Below, piece after piece: positions 47,637 to 56,297 of a stretch of DNA of 64,000 nucleotides. Both the position numbers and the translations under genes were made by a program. Every line of letters starts with the position of its first letter. Positions within the stretch are counted from its first letter, which is position 1. Source of the DNA: Candidatus Lustribacter sp. (GTDB taxonomy: Bacteria > Vulcanimicrobiota > Vulcanimicrobiia > Vulcanimicrobiales > Vulcanimicrobiaceae); assembly GCA_965277805.1 (NCBI GenBank), contig OZ255842.1, positions 2,720,001 to 2,784,000 on the forward strand. The letters run 5' to 3'. The notes under the pieces were generated by a model that was not told the origin of the DNA, ran no database searches, and saw only the letters and a program-made list of their open reading frames with translations.

Positions 47637-47742
47637 GCCGGTCCGGCTACCGCCCGGCGCGCGAAGGCTCCTCTCCCGACCTTTGTCGCCCCGAACCGTG
47701 CAACCGAAAATGTCCCCGCGTTTGCGCGGTTAAAGAGACCGT

Positions 47743-47985
47743 ATGGCCAGCAGCACGGCGACGCCGATTGAGGAGCGTATCAACACGGCGCTCGATCGCA
47801 TCCGTCCAGCCATCGCCGCCGACGGCGGCGACGTTTGGCTGATCCGCGTCGACAACCACACCGCATACGTGCAGATGCTCGGTGCCTGCGGCGGCTGCGC
47901 CGCCGCGCACCTCACCCTCAAAAACGGGATTGAAGCCGTGATTCTCGAGGATGTCCCCGAAATCACCGCGGTCGAGGCGATCTGA
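47743..47985 (+). CDS. NifU/Nfu C-terminal domain Fe-S carrier
   Basis: LDRIRPAIAADGGDV, GACGGC..TLKNGIE. Confidence 0.92.
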   Translation: MASSTATPIEERINTALDRIRPAIAADGGDVWLIRVDNHTAYVQMLGACGGCAAAHLTLKNGIEAVILEDVPEITAVEAI

Positions 47986-48647
47986 GCAACTTCGAAACGC
48001 TGGTCTTCGATCTCGACGGCACGCTGACCGATCCGTACGACGGCATCACGCGGTCGTATCAATACGCGCGGGAGAAGCTCGGCCTCAATCTGCTACCCGA
48101 CAGCGACTTGCGCGGCATGATAGGTCCTCCGATGCAGGAGGTTTTCTCCGCACTCAGCGACGGCAATGCGGAGCTCGTCGCCCACGCGATCATCGCCTAC
48201 CGCGAACGCTACTCGACGATCGGCCTGTTCGAGAACGTCGTGTACCCCGGAATCCCGGCAGCCCTCGCGACGCTCGCGGAATCGTACCGCCTCTTCGTGT
48301 GCACATCGAAGCCGGGCACATTTGCAACCCGAATTCTCGAGCACTTCGATCTTTCAAAACACTTTGCCGGAATTTACGGCTGCGAATTGGACGGCACCCG
48401 CGCCGATAAGCGCGAGCTGCTCCAATGGCTCCTCGAACAGGAAGGCGTAGACGGTTCCGGCGCCGCCATGATCGGCGATCGCATGTTCGACGTCGCAGCC
48501 GCGCTCGCGAACGGCCTCACACCGTACGGCGTCCTCTGGGGACATGGGAGCGAAACCGAACTGCGTGCGGCCCGTGCGAAGTCGTGCTTCCGTGCTGCGG
48601 AAGACCTATGCGCGGAATTCCCGCCCCCGGCGCGGACGCGTCCCTGA
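47982..48647 (+). CDS. HAD family hydrolase (phosphoglycolate phosphatase/5'-nucleotidase-like), probable CTG start
   Basis: LVFDLDGTLTDP lies upstream of the listed start; IGPP, TSKP, MIGDR..D, GVLWG. Confidence 0.85.
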   Translation: MSNFETLVFDLDGTLTDPYDGITRSYQYAREKLGLNLLPDSDLRGMIGPPMQEVFSALSDGNAELVAHAIIAYRERYSTIGLFENVVYPGIPAALATLAESYRLFVCTSKPGTFATRILEHFDLSKHFAGIYGCELDGTRADKRELLQWLLEQEGVDGSGAAMIGDRMFDVAAALANGLTPYGVLWGHGSETELRAARAKSCFRAAEDLCAEFPPPARTRP

Positions 48648-50039
48648 CTCCTGGGTGGGCATGTGCTGCACGGCCGGCGCTTCCGGCTTCGGCAGCGTGT
48701 TCACCGTATCGATGATATCGGCTAACCGCTGTGCGGTCTCGGGCATCGCCGGAACGTCGTAACGCGGCGCTTCACCGAAGCCGAACGCGGTCGTCAAATC
48801 GCCGCAGGTCTTGCGCCGCCACGCCGTGATGTTGGGGACCTCGACGCCGAAGCGCTTTTCGAGGAGCTGCAGCACCGACGTGTGATCGAACGTATCACCG
48901 CACACATAGCCGCCGCGTGAGAACGGCGAGACGATGAGCGCCGGCACGCGATAGCCGAGCCCGATCGGCTTTCCCCCGACGAACTCATCCGGCGTCCCGG
49001 GGTCGGGCAACGGCGGAATCACGTGATCGAAGAGCCCGTCGTTCTCGTCGTACACTTGGATAAACGCGGTCTTCGCCCAGACTTTCGGACTCGACCAGAG
49101 CGCATCGAGAATCGTATGGACCCAATTCTCGCCTTGCGCCGCAAAGAAGTCCGGATGTTCGGTCTGTTCCGCGTGCGCCATGACAAACGTGACCTGCGGC
49201 AGATTCCCGGTTCGGATGTTTTGCAAAAACTGCTGGAACGGATGCCCGCGACGCGCGCGCTGAAACAAGCGCGTGTTGGAATTCGCGGCTTGAAACGGCG
49301 GAAAGAAGCGCAGCACGTTCATGAGATAGTCGTCGTACATATCGTAGTAGAGCTGCCACGAGATACCGGCCTTCTCGAGCCGCTCGGGGTAGGTTTCCCA
49401 CGTATACGTCGTACGCCCGAGAATCGCATCATTGTTGAGCGCCGGCCCACCGTGCTTGCCGCCCGGATCGATCGACGCCGTCATCCAGTACAGCCGGTTC
49501 GGATACGTCGACGAGAGCATCGAGCAATGGTACCCGTCGCAAATCGTGAACGCATCCGCCAGCGCATAGTAGAACGGAATGTCCGCGCGCGTGTAGTAGC
49601 CCATCGTCAGCGGCCCCGACACGCCGTCGGCAACGCGATGCGCGGCCACCCAGCCGTCCATCTTGCCGCCGTTGAGACACTCGTGCTGCGGATCCCAATT
49701 ATGATTGAGATCGTGCAGCTGCATCGCGCTCGTTTTCGCCGTATCGAGATGGAACGGCAGCACGTAGCCGTCGGCATGCACCGGATCGGGCTGCTGAAAA
49801 ACCGGCGCGCCGCTGGGTAATTTCGCCGCATGCGCATCGTCGAACCCGCGCACCCCGCGCAACGACCCGAAGTAATGATCGAACGAGCGGTTCTCTTGCA
49901 TCAAGATGATGAAGTGATCGATGTCGTTGAGCTTCGAAGGTCCGGCGGCCTCAGCCGGACCAACCAAACCGGCGCCGATCGCAAGCGCCGCAGCGCTCGC
50001 TCCGCCTGCTAGAAAGACTTCGCGCGAGATGCGATTCAT
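48606..50039 (-). CDS. Phosphoesterase family phospholipase C/acid phosphatase (PlcN/AcpA-like)
   Basis: IDHFIILMQENRSFDHYFG, AFTICDGYH, TYPNR, EHP, YDENDGLFDHV, GLGYRVP, FDHTS. Confidence 0.93.
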   Translation of the reverse strand: MNRISREVFLAGGASAAALAIGAGLVGPAEAAGPSKLNDIDHFIILMQENRSFDHYFGSLRGVRGFDDAHAAKLPSGAPVFQQPDPVHADGYVLPFHLDTAKTSAMQLHDLNHNWDPQHECLNGGKMDGWVAAHRVADGVSGPLTMGYYTRADIPFYYALADAFTICDGYHCSMLSSTYPNRLYWMTASIDPGGKHGGPALNNDAILGRTTYTWETYPERLEKAGISWQLYYDMYDDYLMNVLRFFPPFQAANSNTRLFQRARRGHPFQQFLQNIRTGNLPQVTFVMAHAEQTEHPDFFAAQGENWVHTILDALWSSPKVWAKTAFIQVYDENDGLFDHVIPPLPDPGTPDEFVGGKPIGLGYRVPALIVSPFSRGGYVCGDTFDHTSVLQLLEKRFGVEVPNITAWRRKTCGDLTTAFGFGEAPRYDVPAMPETAQRLADIIDTVNTLPKPEAPAVQHMPTQESGTRPRRGREFRA

Positions 50040-50051
50040 ACGCGCGCCGTT

Positions 50052-50981
50052 TCAGACCTCGAGACAGATCTCCCGCCAAGCGTCGCGCTGCACGGAATCA
50101 TCAACGTCGACACGCACCCAGCCGCCGTCGGCTAGACATTCCGCTTCGATCGACGGTCCGTCGCCGTTTGCCCCCGACAAATGCACCACCCACGTCGGCC
50201 CGATGCGATTGCTCACGTGCAGGCGCCCAAAGCGCGAACGCAATTCCAGGTAATCCGCCGTTACCGACGTCGCTTGAAGTGTCGGTGCCCAACACACGCT
50301 GCCGCCGCGATTCTCGAGCCGCACGCGAACGCGAATCCCCGCCGCCGTCGCCGCCTCCAACACACGCCCCACCGCATCCGTCGCAACCGCCGTAGCAACG
50401 TAGGGCCCGGCGAGCACGAACGCATCACTGCGCGGCACCGCATGCTGCGCAATCAGCCGGTCAAAATCTTCGCGCCGCTCGAGCAGCGGCAACACCTGGC
50501 GCAACCGGTCCGCATACCGCCGCCACGGCGCCCGCAGCGCATGCGCGTAACTCTTCGGCAGCCCATCGTCGGCAAGCAGCCAAATCAATTCATCAAACTC
50601 CGCGCTCACGTCCTCCAGCCGCACCGCCGCGATCGGCGCGCCATGCGTCGAGAAAAACTCGAGCAATCGCGCGCCACCCTCACGCCGCGCGACGACGCTC
50701 ATCCACCCGCCGAAATCGAGCCGCACGGTCGTCCGATCCCCCGACCCGCAGCGCGACCGGCACAGCCGCTGCCGCCCCTCAACGCATTCAAGCGCCGCCG
50801 CCCCATGTCCGAACAACCAGGTCGCCCGCCGGGCATACCGCGTCATCGAAAGCACGGCCGGCCAATCCGCCCGCAACCGCACGGCCTCGTCCCCGCCGGA
50901 AGCGCCCGAATCGAGCACCGGCAACTGCAGCCGAGAGGGCGCCGCCGCCGGCGCCGAGATGGGAGTCCGAAAAGCAAACAT
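50052..50981 (-). CDS. Divergent HemS/ChuS-like (tandem ChuX/HutX domain) protein
   Basis: VRLDFGGW..RLLEFFSTHGAPI..VRL and VLEAATAAGI..ENRGG..LHV..WVV..G..PSIE recall the two HemS halves; start 50981 or 50993. Confidence 0.55.
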   Translation of the reverse strand: MFAFRTPISAPAAAPSRLQLPVLDSGASGGDEAVRLRADWPAVLSMTRYARRATWLFGHGAAALECVEGRQRLCRSRCGSGDRTTVRLDFGGWMSVVARREGGARLLEFFSTHGAPIAAVRLEDVSAEFDELIWLLADDGLPKSYAHALRAPWRRYADRLRQVLPLLERREDFDRLIAQHAVPRSDAFVLAGPYVATAVATDAVGRVLEAATAAGIRVRVRLENRGGSVCWAPTLQATSVTADYLELRSRFGRLHVSNRIGPTWVVHLSGANGDGPSIEAECLADGGWVRVDVDDSVQRDAWREICLEV

Positions 50982-50995
50982 AGGGCCTTTCACGC

Positions 50996-51014
50996 ATGAA
51001 TAAGTCTAACCTAA
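50996..51014 (-). promoter_or_regulatory. DtxR/IdeR-like metal-responsive operator
   Basis: Minus strand TTAGGTTAGACTTATTCAT, 13/19 match to TTAGGTTAGCCTAACCTAA, directly upstream of the HemS-like gene. Confidence 0.5.
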
Positions 51015-51057
51015 CGATCGACTTAGGCACTCCAAACTCGACTCCTCCCGCCCGATC

Positions 51058-52290
51058 CTACAGCGAAACCGCCCCCGCATACCCCGTAAGCTCAACGTAA
51101 CCAACCCCAAGCCCACGCCCACTGACGCCGTCGCGCGCATCGACCGCTCCCTCCCAATACGAAACCCCACCCACGGTATTCGCCAACTCCTGATCGAGCA
51201 GCACCGGCGTCAACACAACATCAACATGCGCCGACGGAACGCTCACGCGCCACCCACTCGGATAGACCCCGCCCGTATGAGGCGACGTCCAAGACCCACT
51301 CGCCACCGCCGAGAACGCCCCACGCGCCAAATACGTAACGCGTCCCCGGGCATCAATCAAACTCCCACTCGACTCCGCAACAAGCGACCCATCCTTGCGC
51401 CGCAACACATACAACATAACCTCACGCCGATCATCAAGCTGAATCGAATACCAATCCCACCCGACAACCCCATCCTGCAATTCATCCGACCCAAACTCAT
51501 GATCCATCCAAGAAATCCCATCCACGCCAAACCGAGCCCCGCCATATATCATCGATCCCGAAGTCCACAACCGCGTCATCGAATAATAGTGCGAAGCACA
51601 ATTCGCACAAGGCCCCTTCTTCGAAATCCCATCATGCCCATGAACCGCCGGCGCCTTTTCCGAGACGAGAGCAAAATCAATCGCCTTCCCATCCACCGCC
51701 GCGTGCAAGCGAAACGGCGAAGGCCCCGTCAACGACCACCCATCAGCCCGCACATCAAGCCGCGTCTGCGAAGCACTCCCCGCCCCCAACGCCTCCCGCG
51801 CAAACCGCTCGTAATGCACGAATGTCTTCCCCGCCTCATCCGTAAGAGCAAAGTGCGCCGGAAACAACTCATTCCCACGCCAAGCACTACCCCCACGAGC
51901 CGCCTTCACGTCCCCCGGCCTCAATCCAACACGAAAAAACGTCAACTCATACCCAAACCGCCGCCCATCCTTAGCGCGAACATGCCCAGTAAAATACCAC
52001 CATTCTGACGCGAATTGATCGTGCGCAGCATGATCTCGCGGAAATCGAAAACGCCACGGTAACCCAGCACTGAGGAAGTGGCCATTCGCACCCTGAGCAC
52101 CATCATGCCGGATGGGTGGCGCGGCGGCGTTCGTCGCGCGGGGTGCTCTGAGGGCTTGCGAAGCCAAGATGGCGAGAGCAAGCCCGAAGGCAGCGACAGC
52201 GCGCACAGGAAGTGCGCGCCGAGCGTGCCCCGCGCGACGAACGCCGCCGCGCCACCCATCCACCACCACCCACGCAAGCCGGCGCGTCAT
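51058..52290 (-). CDS. AttH/CrtC-like lipocalin-domain protein
   Basis: FRFPRDHAAH..EWWYFTG, ASHYYS, SWMDHEF, GWDWYSIQLDD, YWEGAV, GYVELTGY; ATGA overlap with the permease. Confidence 0.9.
   Translation of the reverse strand: MTRRLAWVVVDGWRGGVRRAGHARRALPVRAVAAFGLALAILASQALRAPRATNAAAPPIRHDGAQGANGHFLSAGLPWRFRFPRDHAAHDQFASEWWYFTGHVRAKDGRRFGYELTFFRVGLRPGDVKAARGGSAWRGNELFPAHFALTDEAGKTFVHYERFAREALGAGSASQTRLDVRADGWSLTGPSPFRLHAAVDGKAIDFALVSEKAPAVHGHDGISKKGPCANCASHYYSMTRLWTSGSMIYGGARFGVDGISWMDHEFGSDELQDGVVGWDWYSIQLDDRREVMLYVLRRKDGSLVAESSGSLIDARGRVTYLARGAFSAVASGSWTSPHTGGVYPSGWRVSVPSAHVDVVLTPVLLDQELANTVGGVSYWEGAVDARDGVSGRGLGVGYVELTGYAGAVSL
52110..52261. repeat. Perfect 34-bp inverted repeat with an 84-bp spacer inside the AttH-like gene
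   Basis: 52110-52143 GGATGGGTGGCGCGGCGGCGTTCGTCGCGCGGGG is the exact reverse complement of 52228-52261. Confidence 0.93.
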
Positions 52291-54863
52291 TCCGCCCGCA
52301 CAGCCTCACTAGTGCGTATCCGAGCAGCCACCCCCGCCGGATAAATCCCAGCCGCCAACGCAGCAATCACCACCAGCACAACCGCCTCCGCCAAAAAGTC
52401 ATACGGCATGTGCAACTCAATGAGCCACCCAAAAGCCTGCCGATTGATGACGAAGATGAGCAACAGCGCGAGCAGCACGCCGACGACGACCCCGCTGATC
52501 CCCCCAAGCAGCCCGATAAACGCCGCCTCAAAGTAAACCATCCGCCGCACATCCCGCGTACGCAACCCAAGATAACGAAGCAGCCCGATCTCACGCCGCC
52601 GCTCCAACACCAGCGCAAACAGCGTAGAAACCACGCCCAGCACCGCAATCGTAATCGAGATAACGTACAATGCATACGTAATAGCAAACGTACGATCGAA
52701 AATCGTGATGACGAGCGCGCGAAGTTCCCGCGTCGTTTGCGTATCCACCCGCAACGGCAAAACGCTCCGCTCGATGGAATTCCGAAGCGCTACCAAGTCG
52801 GTACCGGGCCGAGCATAAACCGCCAACGAGGTAAGCGACGGATCCCGATACAGCCGCCGAAACGTCGCCAGGTCCATCAACACCACGCCGGCGTCGGACG
52901 AGTAATCGTTGTACACCGCAGCAACGGAGAACGTGGTCATCCCCGACGGCGTATCGAGCGTAAACCGGTCCCCCGTGTTCAGCGAGAACTTCGTCGCAAA
53001 CGGCTCGCTGATGAGCACGTTCTCCGACCCCGGCAACCCGCGCTGCAGCGTATCCTCGTCGACGCGCCCGATAAAGCGAACCGTACGCCGCGAAGCAAAG
53101 TCCGCCAGATTCGTCCCCGCGAGCCCCGTGATACGCCCGCGAAACGGAATGCTGATCTCGCGAATCACGTCGATGGACGCCACCCCGGGCAAGCGCGAGA
53201 TCGTCCGTGCCACGTCGGAAGAAAACGTCGCATCCGAGGAGGCGTCTCCCAATCCCAGCGGCCGCACAAAAAGATCCGCCTTGAGCGTATCGTTGGCCCA
53301 CGCCACCACCGTCGTGCGAAACGATCCGATGAGAATCGCCACCGCAACGGTCATCGCGATCGCGATCATCAAGGAGGCAACAGCAACGCTATTGCGCACG
53401 GGCGACGAGCCTAAGTTCGCCGCCGCAATTTCCCCCGCCGCCGAACGCGAAACGAGCACCGCACGCGCCAGGCGCGCCAGTCCTGCAATGAGCAGCGGCG
53501 CAAACAGCGACCCCGCGAAGATGATGAGCAGCCCCGCCGCGTAACCGAAGAGCGGCACATCGCCGATCGGCGGCAGCAACGTGCACGCCCAGCCGACGAG
53601 CAACAGCCCAAGCCCGAAGATCGCCGCCCGCGGCGCAAGCCCGGTGAGCCGCCGCTCGTAGCCTTGCGCGCGCATCGTGATCGCCGGCGGCGTCCGCGCA
53701 GCCTCCAGCGCCGGTACGAGCGCCGCGATCGCCGCCGCCGCCACGCCGATCAAGAACGCCTTGAGCAACACGACTGGATCGTACACGACATGATCCGCGT
53801 GCGAGGCAACGTAGAGCGTATCGACGGTCCGCGAAACCGCCGCGACCGAAAACGTTGCCAGCACGCTCCCGATCACCACGCCGAACAGCGAGCCCACCAC
53901 CCCGAACAGCACGCCCTCGGCCAGAAACGTGCGCAAGATCTGCCCGCGCTTCACCCCGAGGGCGCGGAGCGTTCCGATCTCCGGCCGCCGCTGCACGACC
54001 GAAATCGCGACGGTGTTGTAGATCAGATACATGCCGACGAGCAACGCGATGTACGAGAGCGCGGCCAGATTGAGTTCGAACGAACGCAGCATGCGCTGGA
54101 TCTCGCCCGTGCGGACCTTCGGTTCGATCGCGCGCACGCCGGGCGGAAGCACGCGCCGCACCGCCGCGATCGTCGTCGCCAATTGCGCCGGATCGACGAT
54201 GCAATCAATGCGGTCGAGCCGGCCGACTTTGCCGAAGATCTCCTGCGCCGTCGCGATGTCGACGAACACGACGCTCGAATCGACGCCCGCGACGCTCGCC
54301 GGCAAGACCGCCGCCACGCGCAGTTCGACGTTGCGGTCGCCCGCGAGCGCGGAGATGATCGAGCCAGCCTGCCAATGATACTTGGCGGCAACGCGCGCGC
54401 TGATAAACGCGCCGTGTCCGTTCACGAGCAACCACGGATCGGGCGCCGACGTTCCCGTCGCAACACCGCCGGGCGTCGCGAGAACACCGCTCGAACCCGG
54501 CACCGGCCGCAGCAGATCGATGCCCAGCACGCGCAAGATTTCGCCCGAGAACGCATCGCCGGCGCGCGCGCCGACGGTGAGCGAATCCTCGATCGCCGGA
54601 TTCGCATAGAGCACGCCCGGCACGTTCTGCACGCGCAAAATCGTGCGCTCGTCGAATCCACGTCCGACGCCCAGCACTTGCAAGTTGATGTGGTTGGAAA
54701 TTACGTTCACGCTCGATGCAAACGACGCGACCGCGGTGGTATTCGCCAGATCGACCGAGAGCGCGATCGCAACACCGAGCGCCACGGCCAGCACGGTAAC
54801 GGCGCTGCGCAGTTTGTTCGCCCCGATGTGCCCCCAAACGAGGGCCGCGAAGACCGGACTCAC
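52287..54863 (-). CDS. FtsX/MacB-type ABC permease (fused AttFG-like)
   Basis: Two MacB-PCD plus FtsX repeats; ALLVGMYLIYNT..VVQRRPEIGTLRALG, ERRREIGLLR, VINRQAFGW; GTGA overlap. Confidence 0.9.
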   Translation of the reverse strand: MSPVFAALVWGHIGANKLRSAVTVLAVALGVAIALSVDLANTTAVASFASSVNVISNHINLQVLGVGRGFDERTILRVQNVPGVLYANPAIEDSLTVGARAGDAFSGEILRVLGIDLLRPVPGSSGVLATPGGVATGTSAPDPWLLVNGHGAFISARVAAKYHWQAGSIISALAGDRNVELRVAAVLPASVAGVDSSVVFVDIATAQEIFGKVGRLDRIDCIVDPAQLATTIAAVRRVLPPGVRAIEPKVRTGEIQRMLRSFELNLAALSYIALLVGMYLIYNTVAISVVQRRPEIGTLRALGVKRGQILRTFLAEGVLFGVVGSLFGVVIGSVLATFSVAAVSRTVDTLYVASHADHVVYDPVVLLKAFLIGVAAAAIAALVPALEAARTPPAITMRAQGYERRLTGLAPRAAIFGLGLLLVGWACTLLPPIGDVPLFGYAAGLLIIFAGSLFAPLLIAGLARLARAVLVSRSAAGEIAAANLGSSPVRNSVAVASLMIAIAMTVAVAILIGSFRTTVVAWANDTLKADLFVRPLGLGDASSDATFSSDVARTISRLPGVASIDVIREISIPFRGRITGLAGTNLADFASRRTVRFIGRVDEDTLQRGLPGSENVLISEPFATKFSLNTGDRFTLDTPSGMTTFSVAAVYNDYSSDAGVVLMDLATFRRLYRDPSLTSLAVYARPGTDLVALRNSIERSVLPLRVDTQTTRELRALVITIFDRTFAITYALYVISITIAVLGVVSTLFALVLERRREIGLLRYLGLRTRDVRRMVYFEAAFIGLLGGISGVVVGVLLALLLIFVINRQAFGWLIELHMPYDFLAEAVVLVVIAALAAGIYPAGVAARIRTSEAVRAE

Positions 54864-55579
54864 GGCACGATGCGGCCGTCGTGCATGCGGATCGTGCGAT
54901 CGCACACCGCTGCCGCTTCGGCGCTATGGGTCGCCATGAGAATGGCCTGGCCGCCGTCGGCAAGCGAACGCAACAGCCGTAAGACGTTTTCGCCGTTGTG
55001 CGAATCGAGATTGCCGGTCGGCTCGTCGGCGAGCAAAACGGCCGGTTGGTGGATCATCGCCCGCGCGATCGCCGCGCGTTGCAATTGGCCGCCGGACACT
55101 TGCGCCGGAAACGCGCGCGCCTTATCGCCGAGGCCGACGGCGGCCAACGCCGGTGCCGTACGCCGCGCGATCTCCGCCGCCGCGACGCCCTGCAGCACGA
55201 GCGGCAGCGCAATGTTCGCTTCAATCGTGAGTGCCGGCAATAAGTTGAAGAACTGAAATATCGTGCCGACGCGATCGCGCCGCAAGAGCGTCAGCGCGTC
55301 GTCGTCGAGCTCGGCAGTGTCGCGCCCGTCAACAAAAACATGGCCGGACGTCGGTAAATCGACGCATCCGACCAAGTTGAGAAGAGTGCTCTTACCGCAC
55401 CCGCTCGGGCCAACCAAGGCGACCATTTCGCCACGACTGACCTCGAGCGACACGCCGTCGAGCGCACGAACGGGTGCGTCGGCGGCGGGATACGTTTTCC
55501 GCGCGTCGGAAACGACGACCGGAAGATTCGCGATTATGCTTTGTAGTAGGCCGCGTTGGCGTCGATGAACGACTTCCAC
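54860..55579 (-). CDS. ABC transporter ATP-binding protein (LolD/AttE-like); start uncertain
   Basis: [39 protein letters not shown]. Confidence 0.92.
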   Translation of the reverse strand: MEVVHRRQRGLLQSIIANLPVVVSDARKTYPAADAPVRALDGVSLEVSRGEMVALVGPSGCGKSTLLNLVGCVDLPTSGHVFVDGRDTAELDDDALTLLRRDRVGTIFQFFNLLPALTIEANIALPLVLQGVAAAEIARRTAPALAAVGLGDKARAFPAQVSGGQLQRAAIARAMIHQPAVLLADEPTGNLDSHNGENVLRLLRSLADGGQAILMATHSAEAAAVCDRTIRMHDGRIVP

Positions 55580-55776
55580 TTATCGGGGACGTCGGAATCG
55601 GCGTAAATCGCTTCGACCGGGCACGCCGATACGCAGGCGCCGCAATCAATGCAAACTTCCGGATCGATGAAGAGCTGCTTGTCTTCGTCTTCGCCGTGAA
55701 TGCAATCGACCGGACATACGTCTACGCAAGACTTGTCCTTAGTTCCGATGCAGGGTTCGGTGATCACATATGACAT
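55534..55776 (-). CDS. Dicluster ferredoxin (FdxA-like, 7Fe type)
   Basis: YVITEPCIGTKDKSCVDVCPVDCI...CIDCGACVSACPV. Confidence 0.95.
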   Translation of the reverse strand: MSYVITEPCIGTKDKSCVDVCPVDCIHGEDEDKQLFIDPEVCIDCGACVSACPVEAIYADSDVPDKWKSFIDANAAYYKA

Positions 55777-55854
55777 CGTCAGGTCGATGTAGCCTCGCTA
55801 GGAGAGGGGGAACCCACGGGACTACGGGTGAGCACAAGCCTGGTCCTTTACGAT

Positions 55855-55902
55855 AAAAGGCGGGAGCGCGCCCAGACCCCGCTCGGCCTGGGCGCGCACC
55901 GC
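55855..55902 (-). terminator. Rho-independent terminator downstream of the GlsB-family gene
   Basis: GCGCGCCCAG-N12-CTGGGCGCGC stem followed by CCTTTT on the minus strand. Confidence 0.65.
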
Positions 55903-55911
55903 ACGGTCGGA

Positions 55912-56175
55912 TCAGACCATCGAGCGCCGGCCCGAGAAGGCCCGCATGATATAGAGCAGGATCACGGCGCCGATGAACGCCACGACGATGCTCCCGAGGT
56001 TCACTCCGGTGACGCCCACGTGACCGAAGAAATTGAAGACCCAGCCGCCGATGAATGCGCCGACGATACCGACGACGATGTCACCGAGAACACCCCCGGG
56101 CCCCTCGCCCGGCACGACCCATTTCGCCAGAATTCCGGCAATGAGACCCACGATCAACCAGCCCAACAAACCCAT
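55912..56175 (-). CDS. GlsB/YeaQ/YmgE (transglycosylase-associated) stress membrane protein
   Basis: WLIVGLIAGILAKWVVPG..IVVGIVGAFIGG..AFIGAVILL. Confidence 0.92.
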   Translation of the reverse strand: MGLLGWLIVGLIAGILAKWVVPGEGPGGVLGDIVVGIVGAFIGGWVFNFFGHVGVTGVNLGSIVVAFIGAVILLYIMRAFSGRRSMV

Positions 56176-56235
56176 GATGATTTCTCCCCCTCGAAAAAGT
56201 GATCCGCGGCTCGGCGCCGCATCCTGCAGGAACTG

Positions 56236-56260
56236 GTTCCCAGAAAACTTCACGTGAAAC
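56236..56260 (-). promoter_or_regulatory. Possible SigB/SigF-type general stress promoter
   Basis: Minus strand GTTT-N15-GGGAAC upstream of the GlsB-family gene. Confidence 0.35.
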
Positions 56261-56297
56261 CGCCGCACGATTGCATCTGCGGCTGCGTTGCAAAGCC

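Noticed and set aside
53664-55256. 530-aa plus-strand ORF
   Set aside because: Antisense to the ABC permease and ATPase genes.
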